From Eledone cirrhosa (Eukaryota), in NCBI GenBank assembly GCA_964016885.1, contig OZ024763.1:7502001-7566000 (forward strand): a DNA stretch of 64,000 bases. Reading direction: 5' to 3'. Below, in pieces: positions 48,546 to 63,968 of this stretch. Position numbers and translations under genes: made by a program. Under the pieces are notes generated by a model that searched no databases, had not been told where the DNA came from, and saw only the letters and a list, made by a program, of their open reading frames with translations. The first letter of the stretch is position 1, and each line of letters opens with the position of its first letter.

Positions 48546-49155
48546 ATAGTGCTAGTAGTAGTAGTAGTAGTAGTACTAGATACCAACACCACCACTACCA
48601 TCACCACCACCACTAACACCACCACCACCACCACCATTACCAAAACACCGACACCACCACTACCATCACCACCACCACTAACACCACCACCACCGCTACC
48701 AAAACACCACCACCACCACTACCATCACCACCACCACCGCTACCAAAACACCACCACCACCACTACCATCACCACCATCACTAACACCACCACCACCACT
48801 ACCAAAACACCAACACCACCACTACCATCACCACCACCACTAACACCACCACCACCGCTACCAAAACACCACCACCACCAACAACAACACCCCCCCCACT
48901 ACCACCACCACCACAACAACAACTAGGGTGAAGTGTTAAAACGAGTTAAATGTAATTAGAGTTACAAGGATCAACAGCCTGTCTTTCTAATACTAAACTC
49001 TGTTAACCTCGTTAGTTAACCTACATTGTTAAATGTCATAGGGGCTGAAGAAAGAGTATATATACTGAGCTACTCTATATAGATCTTTATACACACACAA
49101 CAGACTCCCACTACTGTTCCTCGGCTGTTATACCGCTGTTTTTCTACTGCTTTGT

Positions 49156-50020
49156 TTAACCCTTTAACATTTACATTACTCTATATATACTATTGTACTT
49201 TCACAGTAAAAAATGTATCTTACATAATATCTCACATAGCATTTACATTACTCTATATATACTATTGTACTTTCACAGTAAAGGCTTTACCTCACATAAT
49301 ATCTCATATAACATTTACATTACTCTATATATACTATTGTATTGTCACAGTAAAGGCTTTACCTCACATAATATCTCACATAACATTTACATTACTCTAC
49401 ATATACTATTGTATTGTCACAGTAAAGACTTTACTTCACATAATATCTCACATAACATTTACATTACTCTATATATACTATTGTATTGTCACAGTAAAGG
49501 CTTTACTTCACATAATATCTCACATAACATTTACATTACTCTATATATACTATTGTATTTTCACAGTAAAGGCTTTACCTCACAATTATCTCACATAACA
49601 TTTACATTACTCTATATATACTATTGTATTTTCACAGTAAAGACTTTACCTCACATAATATCTCACATACCATTTACATTACTCTATATATACTATTGTA
49701 TTTTCACAGTAAAGGCTTTACCTCACATAATATTGAATCTATGGGATTTTGATGTTATTTATTTTGAGAACAACACCATAACATAAGTATGATTGGCTAG
49801 TTACAGCCAGTTTGAACAGAAAGAGGTGAGCAAATTCTGGCCGGATATGGCTGGTTTAACCCTTTATCATTTACATAACTCTATATTTACTATTGTATTT
49901 TCATAAAAAAGGCTTTACCTTACATAATATCTCACATAGCGGCCAGTTATGACAAGTTTGAACAGAAAGAGGTGAGAGAATTCTAGCTGGATAAAGCCAG
50001 TTTAAATGCTAAAGGGTTAA
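49156..50020 (+). repeat. 72-bp array (about 8 copies) running into the rest of the MITE, then a second MITE copy
   Basis: The array continues into ...TTTGAACAGAAAGAGGTGAG...; the second copy at 49857-50020 ends TAAATGCTAAAGGGTTAA. Confidence 0.9.
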
Positions 50021-50067
50021 CCTACATAAATTATAGTTGCTTTGTTCCTGTAGTTAAAGAAATATAT

Positions 50068-51075
50068 TTAACCCTTTCATTACCATATTTCTAATGAAAG
50101 ACACTGTCTATGTCTTTAACCCTTTCATTACCATATTTCTATTGAAAGACACTGTCTATGTCTTTAACCCTTTCATTACCATATTTCTATTGAAAGACAC
50201 TGTCTATGTCTTTAACCCTTTCATTACCATATTTCTAATGAAAGACAATGTCAATGTCTTTAACCCTTTCATTACAATATTTCTAATGAAAGACACTGTC
50301 TATGTCTTTAACCCTTTCATTACCATATTTCTATTGAAAGACACTGTCTATGTCTTTAACCCTTTCATTACCATATTTCTATTGAAAGACACTGTCTATG
50401 TCTTTAACCCTTTCATTACCATATTTCTAATGAAAGACACTGTCTATGTCATTAACCCTTTCATTACCATATTTCTAATGAAAGACACTGTCAATGTCTT
50501 TAACCCTTTCATTACCATATTTCTATTGAAAGACACTGTCTATGTCTTTAACCCTTTCATTACCATATTTCTATTGAAAGACACTGTCTATGTCTTTAAC
50601 CCTTTCATTACCATATTTCTAATGAAAGACACTGTCAATATCTTTAACCCTTTCATTACCATATTTCTAATGAAAGACACTGTCTATGTCATTAACCCTT
50701 TCATTACTGTATTTCTAATGAAAGACACTGTCTATGTCTTTAACCCTTTCATTACCATATTTCTAATGAAAGACACTGTCTATGTCTTTAACCCTTTCAT
50801 TACCATATTTCTAATGAAAGACACTGTCAATATCTTTAACCCTTTCATTACCATATTTCTAATGAAAGACACTGTCTATGTCATTAACCCTTTCATTACC
50901 ATATTTCTAATGAAAGACACTGTCTATGTCATTAACCCTTTCATTACCGTATTTCTAATGAAAGACACTGTCTATGTCTTTAACCCTTTCATTACCATAT
51001 TTCTAATGAAAGACACTGTCTATGTCTTTAACCCTTTCATTACCATATTTCTAATGAAAGACACTGCTTATGATT
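50068..51075 (+). repeat. 48-bp tandem array (about 21 copies)
   Basis: TTAACCCTTTCATTACCATATTTCTAATGAAAGACACTGTCTATGTCT. Confidence 0.95.
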
Positions 51076-52012
51076 TTTAAATAATTTTGATAAAGAAAAT
51101 GAAGAATACATTTATAAATTGGAAAACTCATTGCTAAAACAGCCCAATCTTTTCTATATTTCATCTACCTGTCACCCACCTTGTGGATTGTCTCTCTGTT
51201 GACCACTGGCCACTGGTCTTCATTCTCTGAAGCATTTCTGCCCATCACTATCTTTGACAGCAAGGCAGCAAATTGGCAGAGTAATTAGAATGTCAGATAG
51301 AATGCTTTGTGGTATTTATTTCGGCTGTAGAGTACTCAGGTGCACTACAACTCATCAAAGGTGCATGTATAGTACATAGAATAATGTAGAAATGTCAGGA
51401 AAGTGAACAGTGTATGAGTCATGATATACACACAGGCACATACATACATCATCATCATCATCATTTCATTTTACGTCCACTTTTTCCCTGCTTGCAAGGG
51501 TGGGATGGGAACTGATTCTGGCTTGATTTCTACAGCTGGATGCCCTTCCTAACACCAACCTCATTTACAGTGAGTGCTGGGTGCTTTTTTGCCGTGGCAC
51601 CTCCACGACCACTTTGCAGTGGAATGATATGGACCCCAGTCCCTATCATCTCATTTCTACAGCTGAGTAAACTGGAGCAATGTGAAATAAAGTGTCTTGC
51701 TCAAGGAAACAACACATCACCCGGTCTGAGAATTGAACTCACAACCTTTCGAGGAATGTTGATTCTGTCATTACAACACCAGATGTCCGAGCTTTTGATT
51801 CCAGAGTCGGCCCAGATTGATACAGATCAAACCTTGAGTTGATCAATAGTGAAACACGTGTCACCAATCAATAAATGTAACGAAGGCTTAACAAATCGTC
51901 CTTGTATTATTATTATTATTATTATTATTGCCTTTCATCCTTACGGGATCGATAAAATAAAGTACCAGTAATGTACTGGGTCATTGCTGCCCTTGTGCCT
52001 AAAGTAGAAACA

Positions 52013-52052
<40 letters not shown>

Positions 52053-52834
52053 ATATATATTATATTTGGAGAGGGTCATATTGTTATAATATTGCCAGAA
52101 ATATATATAATGAAAATTATTGTGTACACTGCTTAGGTGCACTACAACTCATCAAAGGTGCATGTAGAGTATATAGAATAATGTAGAAATGTTGTGTGAG
52201 TCATGATATAGTGTCAGGAGAAATACAGCAAAGGATTTTGTTTGACAACAACAACAATAATAACAACAACAATAATAATGGTTATTACTTTAGGGCACAA
52301 GGCCAACGATTTGAGGGAATGGGAAAGTTGATTAGATCAACCCCAGTATATTACTGGTACTTTATTTTATCGACCACCGTAAGGATGAAAGGCAAAGTCA
52401 ACCTCGGTGGGATTTGAACTCAGAACATAAAGGGACGTAACAACAATAATAATAATAATAATAATTGTTTCTTTATTGGCCACGAGGGCCAACATGTAGG
52501 GGACAAAACAAAGACAGGGACAGTAGGGGGGGGGGGTTATGATAACAAAACCAATTTAACAATGAAAGAATATATAAAATAAACTATGTATAAAAATAAT
52601 AAAATAATATCTCCACAAGGGGTGGGGTGGGGTGGGGTGGGGTGGAGCACCCCAGGGATGACTAATAACAACAATGGTTATTATTAATAATGCATATAAC
52701 GAATGTGCAGAGGGAAGTACTCAATACTGTAGAGAATGACAGCAGCATGCAGAGCAAATATGACCAATGATGTCAACAACACTAATAATAATAGTAATAG
52801 CAATGATGATGGTGATGGTGATGATTTCTTTAAT

Positions 52835-53440
52835 AAACAACAACAGCAACAACAACAACAACAACAACAACAGAAACAGCAACAGTAACAGTGACAACAA
52901 CAACCACAACAATAGTGACAACAGCAACAACAACAACAACAGTGACGACCACAACAACAACAACAACAGCAACAACAAGAGCAACAGTAATAGTGACAAC
53001 AACAACCACAACAATAGTGACAACAACAGCAGCAGCAACAATCACAACTACAACAGCAACAACAGCACAACAGCAACATCAACTGCAATAGTGACAAGCA
53101 CAACAACAACAGCAATTACAACCACAGCAGCAACAACCACAACAACAGCAACAGTGACAACTACAACTACAACAACAACCACAACAACAACAACAGCAAC
53201 AGCAACAACAACAACAACAACCACCACAGCAACCACAACAGTAACAGCAACAGTGACAACTACAACAACAACAACCACCACAACAGCAAGCAACAGTGAC
53301 AACTACAACAACAACCACAACAGCAACAGCAACAGTGACAACAACAACCACAACAGCAACAGTAACAGTGACAACTACAACAACAACAACAACCACAACA
53401 GCAACAGCAACAGTGACAACTACAACAACAACAACAACAG
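52835..53440. repeat. (CAA)n compound microsatellite
   Basis: Trinucleotide mosaic; a similar tract lies at 56058-56820. Confidence 0.95.
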
Positions 53441-54046
53441 TAGTAATATAGAAACAATGGATGAGCTGAGAGTGGTTGTGACACTAACCTGGTTGCTATG
53501 AGGAGGAGCTCTGATGAGGGCCGTTGAAGAGGATATTTGATGATGATGATAAGATATGTTATGTGCTGTTAAATAGCAAATATTGCTGCACCTCGGCCAA
53601 ACACATTAACATGCAAGCATTGCTACATTATTTCTCACTGCTCTCTGCATTTTCCTGCATCCTCTCTTTCTCTCTCTCTCTCTCTCTGGGTTTGGTCTTT
53701 CTGTCTTTTCTTCCGTCTTCCTGTCTTCCTGTCTTCCAGTATTCCAGTCTTTCTCTCTTTCTCTCTTCCTGTCTTCCTGTCTTTCTCTCTTTCTGTCTTT
53801 CTCTCTTTCTCTCTTACTCTCTTTCTCTATTTTTACCCTCCCTCCCTCCCCCACCGCCACTGTTGTACTTTTGGCACTTCCTCCTCTTCTTTTTCTTCTT
53901 TTTCTTTGTCTTGTTGTTGTTTTTGTTGGTGTTGTTGGCTGTGCTTCTCTTCTCTTTCCTCTTCTCTGTTCAGTTCCTGTATTGTGTGTATGTGTGTGTG
54001 TGTATGTGTGTGTGTGTATGTGTGTGTGTGTATGTGTGTGTGTGTA

Positions 54047-54108
<62 letters not shown>

Positions 54109-54291
54109 TGGGGAGAGAGATGAGAGAGATGACAGAGATGAGAGAGAGATAAAGCGACTGAGGTAGAGAAAGAGAGAGAGGTGTATGTGTGTATATATAT
54201 ATAGAGAGAGATAGTGAGAGATAGGGATAGGGAGAGGTGAGAGGGATTAAAGATATATATATATAAGTGTTATACAAATATTTATAGTACA

Positions 54292-54338
<47 letters not shown>

Positions 54339-54970
54339 GAGAGATAGGATGAGGGATAGAGGTAGAGATAGAGAAAGAGAACTAGAGAGAGATAGAACTC
54401 AAGAAAGAGGGATAGATGGATAGAGAGAGACAGAGAAAGATGGAGAGAGAGAGAGAGAGATGTATGCTAAGATGAGATGATGTATATGAGAACACATCTG
54501 GTGGACGTCTGTCAGTCAACGATATTGCCAGCAGACAGCTCCAGATGTCACACACATACACTGGTGGTGGTGGTAGTGGTGTTGGTGTGGTGTTGGTGGT
54601 GGTGGTGGTGGTGGTAGTGGTGGTGGTGGTGGTGGTGGTGGTGGTGGTGGTGGTGGTGGTGTGATGTTGGTGGTGGTGGTGGTGGTGGTGGTGGTGGTGG
54701 TGGTGGTGTGATGGTGGTGGTGGTGGTGTGGTGGTGGTCACACTTTGTGGTGTTGGTGGTGGTGGTGGTGGTGGTAGTAGTGGTGGTGGTGGTGGTAGTG
54801 GTGATGGTGGTGGTGGTGGTGGTGGTGTGGTGGAGGTGTTGGTGTGGTGTTGGTGTTGGTGGTGGTGGTGGTGTTGGTGTGGTGGAGGTGTTGGTGGTGG
54901 TGGTGGTGGTGGTGGTGGTGTGGTGATGTCCTCTATTTTGATATTGAGCACATTTCCCTCATGTTTGTAA

Positions 54971-55002
<32 letters not shown>

Positions 55003-55041
55003 CATCATATATATTTATATATATATGCATATATATTTATG

Positions 55042-55088
<47 letters not shown>

Positions 55089-55288
55089 GTACATACACAT
55101 ACACATATACATATAAATACAAATATACACACACATATATATACATACATATATGCATACATATATATATATATACATACATATATATATATGCATACAT
55201 ATATATATATATGCATACATATATATATATACATACATATATATATATACATACATATATATATATATATGCATACATATATATATAT

Positions 55289-55321
<33 letters not shown>

Positions 55322-55552
55322 CCGATGGGTGAAGAAGTGCCAGGAAATGCCAGTTGAAGGAAGACGTGGTAGAGGTAGACCACGAAAAACATGGGCGGAG
55401 GTGGTGAGGACAGACCTCAGATCATTGAAGCTCACGGTGGAGATGACGAGGGACCGTGACGAGTGGAGAGATGCTGTGCTGAATAAGACCCGTCCCACCC
55501 TTGCAAGCAGGGAAAAGCGGACGTAAAATGATGATGATGATGATGATGATGA
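55322..55552 (+). mobile_element. RTE-clade LINE 3' end with (ATG)n tail
   Basis: [22 protein letters not shown]...DRDEWRDAV; related short 3' ends recur near 145, 2128, 5738, 18976, 33710, 42710, 43315, 51448 and 57640. Confidence 0.8.
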
Positions 55553-55559
55553 TACATAC

Positions 55560-55590
<31 letters not shown>

Positions 55591-55639
55591 CATACATATA
55601 TATATATACATATATATATATACATACATATATATATAT

Positions 55640-55670
<31 letters not shown>

Positions 55671-55739
55671 CATACATATATGCATACATATATACATACA
55701 TACATAAATATATATGCATATATATATAAATATATATGA

Positions 55740-55799
<60 letters not shown>

Positions 55800-57703
55800 C
55801 ATATAACAAGGGAATTGTGGTAAGGAACCAGGTGGACCATAACGCACCAGAGTACTCAATACTTAGGGTAGTAGAGTATATATATATATATAATTATAAA
55901 TATATATTTATGTATATATGTATATATGTATATATATATATATATACATAAATATATATACACACACATATATAATATAACATTTTAAAGTCAGTGTACC
56001 ATTTCCCAGAAGATTCAGACCAATTTGTTTCTTTGGGGAAAAGAGGGACAGTAAAAAACAACAACAACAACACATACAACAACAACAACAACAACAACAA
56101 CAACACATACAACAACAACAATAATAACATCACATACAACAACACATACAACAACAACAACAACAACACATACAACAACAACAATAATAACATCACATAC
56201 AACAACACATACAACAACAACTACAACAACAACACCATCACCAACAACACATACAACAACAACACCAACAACACATACAACAACAACACATACAACAACA
56301 ACAACAACAACAACAATAACAACAACACATACAACAACAACAACAACACATACAACAACAACAACAATAACAACAACACATACAGCAACAACAACAGCAA
56401 CAACACATACAACAACAACACATACAACAACAACAACAACAACAACACATACAACAACAACAACAACAACAACAACACCAGCAACACATACAACAACAAC
56501 AACAACAACAGCACCAACAACACATACAACAACAACACCACCACCACCAACAACAACATCACATACAACAACAACAACAACAACACATACAACAACAACA
56601 ACAACAACACATACAACAACAACAACAACACCACCACCAACAACACATACAACAACAACAATAACAACAACAACAACAATAACAACAACACATACAACAA
56701 CAACAATAACAACAACACATACAATAACAACAACAACATATACAACAACACATACAACAACAACAATAACAACATCACATACAACAACAACAACACATAC
56801 AACAACATCACATACAACACAAAGAAAAGAATAAAGAAAAAAAAATATTTTTTTTTAGATTCATTAATTCATGGAATTGTGGAAATAGTTGCCATTATTT
56901 GCAGTGAAGTGATGGAGTGGCAGTATCGGTAGAGGGTCGGACGCCATGCTTTCCAGCATAGAGTTACGGCCCTTTACGGTCTGAGTTCAAATCCCACTGA
57001 GGTTAACTTTGCCTTTCATCCTTACGGGTTGATAAAATAAAGTACCAGTAATGCACTGAGGTAATTGCTGGCCTTGTGCCAATAGTAGAAAGTACCAGTA
57101 ATGCACTGGGTAATTGCTGGCCTTGTGCCAATAGTAGAAAGTACCAGTAATGCACTGGGTAATTGCTGGCCTCGTGCCTAAATTAAAGCCATTATTTCAG
57201 TATATAAAGTACCAGTAATGCACTGGGTAATTGCTGGCCTTGTGCCTAAATTAAAGCCATTATTTCAGTATAGTAAACTCACACAGATCTGATTTTGGCT
57301 TGGCTTCTACAGCTTGATGCCAACCTCATTTACAGTGTGGACTAGGTGCTTTTTGTTGTGTGACCAGCACAACCACTTTACAGTGTGGACTAGATGCTTT
57401 TTGTTGTCACCATTATGCCCACTTTACAGTGTGGATTAGGTGCTTTTTGTTGTGTGACCAGCACAACCACTTTACAGTGTGGACTAGATGCTTTTTGTTG
57501 TCACCATTATGCCCACTTTACAGTGTGGATTAGGTGCTTTTTTGATGTCACCAACACGACCACTTTACATACTAGATGTATGCTTCAACCGTGCGAGCGA
57601 GACATGGTCTCCCGATCATTCCCGCATCAAATGAAACAAATCCGTCTAACCCATGCTCACGTGGAAGATGGATGTTAAACGATGATGATGATGATGAGGA
57701 TGT

Positions 57704-57746
<43 letters not shown>

Positions 57747-59129
57747 TTTTAGAAAAGTGGATGATGGAGCGCGTCTACCTGAAATGGAAAAAAAAAACGT
57801 TTTGTAAAAAGAGCTAACTTGAGCACGTGCGTATGCATGAGTTTGTGTGTGTGTGTATGTGTGTGTGTGTGTGTGTGTATTTATATGTACAGCTATACTA
57901 TGGACAGAATCATCTGTCCTATCACAAAGCATCACCTCTTGGGAGATTTTTTGGGTGTTTTAATGATTGGGGACCCCAGCCCTATTATGTCTACAGGTTT
58001 AGCTGACCTCCTATAAGGTTTCTATCTCATAGGAGGCTTCTTGGGTGTTTTAATGATAGGGACCCCCTAGTCCTATTATGTTGTTGTTACATCTCACACC
58101 TATGTAGGTTTAGCTGATCTCTTACAAGGTTTCTATCTCATGGGAGGTTTCTTGGATGTTTTAATGATAGGGGACACCAGTGCTATAATGAAAAAGGGAC
58201 ATACACAACAGCTTGCTAAAGAACAGCACACACTACCCAGTCCAGAAATTGAACCCCTGACTTTATGATTGTGAGTCCAGCAGGGTAGGCCATCGTCTGA
58301 CTAGTTCCATTGACTCTTGGGGGTCATGGGATGGCATTGGTTAATATCGACCACTATAGGAGACCAGGGTGTAGACCAATCAACCTCTAAAACCCTAAAT
58401 GTGGAGCACTATGAAATAAAGTACCCCAAAACGGGGGGCGGGGGGAATGAGGCAAAATGGGGAGATTTTACATAATACTTTCTTTATTACATAATGAAAG
58501 CTACCTACCCATTTTCACAAGAGAAGACATCTCTCACCCACCCTTAAGTGGGTGAGAGATGTCCCTGTTAGATGGGGAGAGTTGACAGGTCTGATGTTGT
58601 GAAGCTGTAGTATCTACCAGGACTCTTTCTTGGTTTGGGGGCATTTTAAAACCTAACAGAGACCATAACTTCACCAGATGAAAAACACAGCCATGAGAGA
58701 GAGAGGGAGGGGGGGGTAGAGAGAGGTAGAGAGAGAAAGAAAAAAGCAAACAGAGAGAGGAAGTAAAAGAGAGATAGAGAAAGAGAGAGAGACAAAGAAA
58801 GGTAGAGAAAAGGAGGAGAGGGAGAAAGAAAGGGAGAAAAAAGAGAAAGGTAGAGAGAGGTAGAGAGAAAGAAAGGTAGAGAGAGAAAGAGAGAAAGGTA
58901 GGGAGAGAGAGAAAAAGAAAGAGAAAGGTAGAGAGAGAGGTAGTGAAAGAAAGATAGAGAAGTACAGAAAGAGAAGTAGAGAGAGAAAGAGAAAAAACAG
59001 AGAGAGAAAAAAGAGGTAAAGAGAAAGAGAGAATGAAAGGGAGGGAGAGAGAGAGAGACAGAGAGAGAGAGAGAAAGGTGGAGAGAGAGAGGGAAAGAAA
59101 AAGAGGTAGAGAGAGAGGGAGAGAGAAAG

Positions 59130-59236
<107 letters not shown>

Positions 59237-59265
59237 AAAAGAGGTAGAGAGAGAGGGAGAGAAAG

Positions 59266-59308
<43 letters not shown>

Positions 59309-59343
59309 AAGAAAAAGAGGTAGAGAGAGAGGGAGAGAGAAAG

Positions 59344-59387
<44 letters not shown>

Positions 59388-59439
59388 GTGGAGAGAGAGA
59401 GAGAAAGAAAAAGAGGTAGAGAGAGAGGGAGAGAGAAAG

Positions 59440-59472
<33 letters not shown>

Positions 59473-59843
59473 AAGAAAAAGAGGTAGAGAGAGAGAGAGA
59501 GAGAGAGAGAAAGAAAAAGAGGTAGAGAGAAAGATAGAGAGAGAGAGAGAGACGACGAATTGACCTCCGCACTGGACTAATACTAAACATTTTATCGGCC
59601 TCGGGAAAGATGAAAGATAAAGTTGAACTGGGCAGGATTTGACCCCAGAGCTCAGAGACCAGGGCGACATACCGAGGCAGTTCCTTAACCAGCCCCTACC
59701 ACTCTGCCAAATTCATCGCCTTTCCATATTTGAAGAGGTAAGTAAACTGTGTGTATGTATATATATATATATACATACACACATATATATATACATGTAT
59801 TATATATATTGTATATATATATATATAGAGAGAGAGAGAGATG

Positions 59844-59894
59844 AGATTCTACAGGACTAGAACTGTTTCATTCTTTAGAAATCATCAGGAATCT
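59844..59894 (-). ncRNA. minimal type I hammerhead ribozyme motif
   Basis: AGATTC-CTGATGA-tttctaaagaat-GAAAC-AG-ttctagtc-CT-GTA-GAATCT. Confidence 0.65.
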
Positions 59895-59928
59895 TACTGT
59901 GGTTACCTCCGATTCAACCCGGAATAAC

Positions 59929-60004
<76 letters not shown>

Positions 60005-60039
60005 TTGTTTGTAACATTGCAGTTTCTAATATATATATA

Positions 60040-60205
60040 ATTTAATATAGAAATGGCTTCTACAGGACTAGAACTGTTTCATTCGAAGGAAATCATCATT
60101 CAAATGAAACGGTTCTAGTCCTGTAGAAGCCATTTCTATATTAAATCTGTTGTATACACTCTACTAACGTATTGAGTACCTTACATACTGTGGTTACCCC
60201 CGACT
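60040..60205. mobile_element. fold-back element of the same family
   Basis: Inverted arms about 60040-60093 / 60099-60146 plus the shared tail. Confidence 0.6.
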
Positions 60206-60238
60206 GTGTGTGTGTGTATATATATATATATACACATA

Positions 60239-60285
<47 letters not shown>

Positions 60286-60447
60286 CTGTCGAAACCACCG
60301 CAGCTCAGCCGTCGACGTCCTAAATCTTTTCATATACACACACATACACACATGTGTGTGTATGAAGACAACCTGCTATATTGAATGACACAGTAATATA
60401 TATTATTTTACGGATGTCGGTGCTTGGGATAAGTTCTCAGAGCCAAT

Positions 60448-60498
<51 letters not shown>

Positions 60499-60771
60499 TA
60501 TATAATGTAGGAGGTGAGTTTTATTGTAGAACAATAAAACTATGCATATATCAGATAAGTAGCACTCAACAGTTGAGAGAACTGGAGTATATATAGAAGA
60601 AATTAAAAGATAGTTAAATATATATATTGTGTTCTTTTTTGCATTGTTTGAAATTATAAAAGGTTTGAATGTTTACAACGTAATATGAGTGTATAATATA
60701 TATATACAAACATATTTTGTGTATGTGAGTGTATATATATATATATATATACAAGCATTTTGTGTATGTGA

Positions 60772-60808
<37 letters not shown>

Positions 60809-60972
60809 AACATATTTTGTGAGAGTTTATGTATGTATATACACAAACACATGCGTGCATATGTATATAAAACATACATAATTAAAATTGTCACGAATAT
60901 AGATAACGTACATATATATATTATATACACAAACATATATACACACACACATATATATAATATATATATACA

Positions 60973-61178
60973 CAGGATGTCCCCTAAAAATGTATACACA
61001 CTTAAATTAAAATGCTATTAAAGTGTGCATATATTTTTTGGGACATCCTCTATATACAGAAACATTATATACACAAACATTATGTACACACACACAAACA
61101 TACAGGGTGTCCCAAAAATGTATACATATTATTATTAGAATGCTGTTGAAGTGTGTATACATTTTTTGGGACACCCTG
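60973..61178. mobile_element. two tiny Tc1/mariner MITEs (60973-61050, 61103-61178)
   Basis: TA-CAGGGTGTCCCAAAAATGTATACA...TGTATACATTTTTTGGGACACCCTG-TA. Confidence 0.75.
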
Positions 61179-62690
61179 TATGTTTGTGTCTGTGTGTGAA
61201 TAAGTGTGTATGTGTATATATAAAAATAAACGTGTGATGAGTATATACCTGTGTGTATATATATATATAAGTATATGTGTGTGTGTATATATAAGTATAT
61301 ATGTGTATGTTTATATACGTATGTGTATAGCTGTGTGTATATATAATGTATGTATAGAGTGCGCGCGTGTGTGTATATATGTATATGTGTGTGAATAGGT
61401 GTGTATATATAATGTATGTATAGTGTGCGCGTGTGTGTGTATACATGTATATATATATATATGTATGTGTGAATAGGTGTGTATATATAATGTATGTATA
61501 GAGTGCGCGTGTGTATATATATGTGTATATATAATGTATGTATAAAGTGCGTGTATATATATATATATGTCTCTATCGTTTACACAGGTCTATTGCTGTT
61601 TAACCCCAGGTAACTTTTGTCCTGTAGACCTGTTAACAAACCCCCTAAGCCATGATCCCTCTGTTGACCCCTGTTGTTGTTCCTCTCAATAACGTAGAGG
61701 GGGAGGTTTAAGGAACAGTTGTCTGCTATTTCTAGCAGAGAGAATTACCGTGTAGTAGCTTCCTTCTTTCTTTCTGTATATGTGAGTGTGTGTAGTTACC
61801 TTATAGTGTAACTGTGTAATTACCGTATACTGTGTGTGGTAAGTGTTTGTGTGTGTGTGCAGTTGCCGTATAGTGTGTATGTGTAGTTGCCGTATAGTAT
61901 GTGTGTATGTGTAGTTGCCGTATAGTGTGTGTATGTGTAGTTGCCGTATAGTGTGTGTATGTGTAGTTGCCGTATAGTGTGTGTGTGTGTAGTTACCGTA
62001 TAGTGTAAGTGTGTGTGTAGTTACCGTATAGTGTAAGTGTGTGTATGTGTAGTTGCCGTATAGTGTGTGTGTGCACATACTGTATAGTGTGTAAGTGTGT
62101 GTGTTTGTATGTATGCAACTACCGTATAGAGTGTCTGTAATAGTGTATATGTATATATTTATGTGTGTATATATATATATATATACACACATCCATTATA
62201 CATTAGTATAGGTGTGTATATATGTGTACATATACATTAGTATATGTATGTATATGTATATATGTGTACATATCCATTATGCATTAGTATATGTATGTAT
62301 ATGTATATATGTGTACAGTGTGTATATATGTGTACAGAGTGTGTATATGTATATGTGTACATATCCATTATACATTAGTATATATATGTATATACGTGCA
62401 TAGTTGTCGTATTGCGTAACAGTGTGTATATGTTTCTATAGTATATGTGTGTATATGTATATTTATATAAGCTGTCGCTATCGTCTAACACCGTACTAGG
62501 TGCGCGTGTATATACATATATACACACACATACGTACATATGTATGTATATATCTATTTCTTTGTGTTTATATATGTATGACTTTATATATGTGTGACTT
62601 CTTGATTGAACCACATAGAATATGGCGATAGAAATAAGTGGTTCTGTAGTAGAAATATAGTCTGAACGAGAGACAGAAAAAGGGAGAAAT

Positions 62691-62737
<47 letters not shown>

Positions 62738-63304
62738 TATATATATATTATATTTATATATACATACATACAGTGAGTGAAGTTTATTGTCACCGGGAGA
62801 AAGCTGTTGTGATATTATACAAAGGCAAGTAAATAGCTTTTATTTTATATTCATTATACATATATATACACTTATACACACGTACATTAATGTATATAAA
62901 TATATGTATAGATAGATATATATGTATGTATATATATTTATATAGCTTCCTTCCTTCTATGTCACACGACAAAGAAACAGATAGATAGATTAGATATGTT
63001 TCTAGCCATAGAGATGGATAGATAGATATGTTTCTAGCCAGAGAAACAGATGTGTTTCTTTATTAGCCACAGGGGCACAAAAGAAGGGGACAAATAAAAA
63101 GGGGGGAAGTTTACATACAATAAAAACGTGTAAAATATTATCACAAATACAATTTAAAAGTTAATCGATTTTCCCCAATAGTGGGAGACATTTCATGTGG
63201 GTAACACATACCCCCGAAAATAAATGTGCAACCCTCATCTCCAGGAGTACGAAGAGTTTGTACACCTTTCCTCTCTTCCTCTTTTTCCTCAACCTACAGG
63301 CTGA

Positions 63305-63670
63305 TATAGATAGATAGAGAGATATGTTTCTAGGCAGAGAGACAGACAGATAGATATGTTTCTAGGGAGAGGGACAGACAGATAGAGAGATATGTGTCTA
63401 GGGAGAGAGACAGTCAGATAGAGAGATATGTTTCTAGGGAGAGGGACAGACAGATAGAGAGATATGTTTCTAGGGAGAGAGATGGATAGATAGATAGATA
63501 TGTTTCTAGGGAGAGGGACAGACAGATAGAGAGATATGTTTCTAGGCAGAGAGACAGACAGATAGAGAGATATGTTTCTAGGCAGAGAGACAGACAGATA
63601 GATAGATATGTTTCTAGGCAGAGAGATGGACAGATAGATAGATATGTTTCTAGGCAGAGAGATGGATAGA
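63305..63670. repeat. about 36-40-bp tandem array
   Basis: GATAGAGAGATATGTTTCTAGGCAGAGAGACAGACA. Confidence 0.9.
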
Positions 63671-63837
63671 TGTAAAGAAAGTGAGGAAGAGAGAGAGAGA
63701 GAAAGAATGAGGGAGGTGATAATGGTGTGTTGTAACGTTTGGTAGTTCTGGAACGAAAGCTTGAAACATTTAACGTAAACACTTCTCTACCTTGAACACA
63801 TAGAAAAACAGTGCGACACATACATACATATGTGTGC

Positions 63838-63892
<55 letters not shown>

Positions 63893-63919
63893 AGTGTATA
63901 TAGCGAGAAATAAAGACAG

Positions 63920-63968
<49 letters not shown>

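Noticed and set aside
53511-53530. CTGATGAG hammerhead-like start
   Set aside because: It has no GAAA, stem III or closing stem I.
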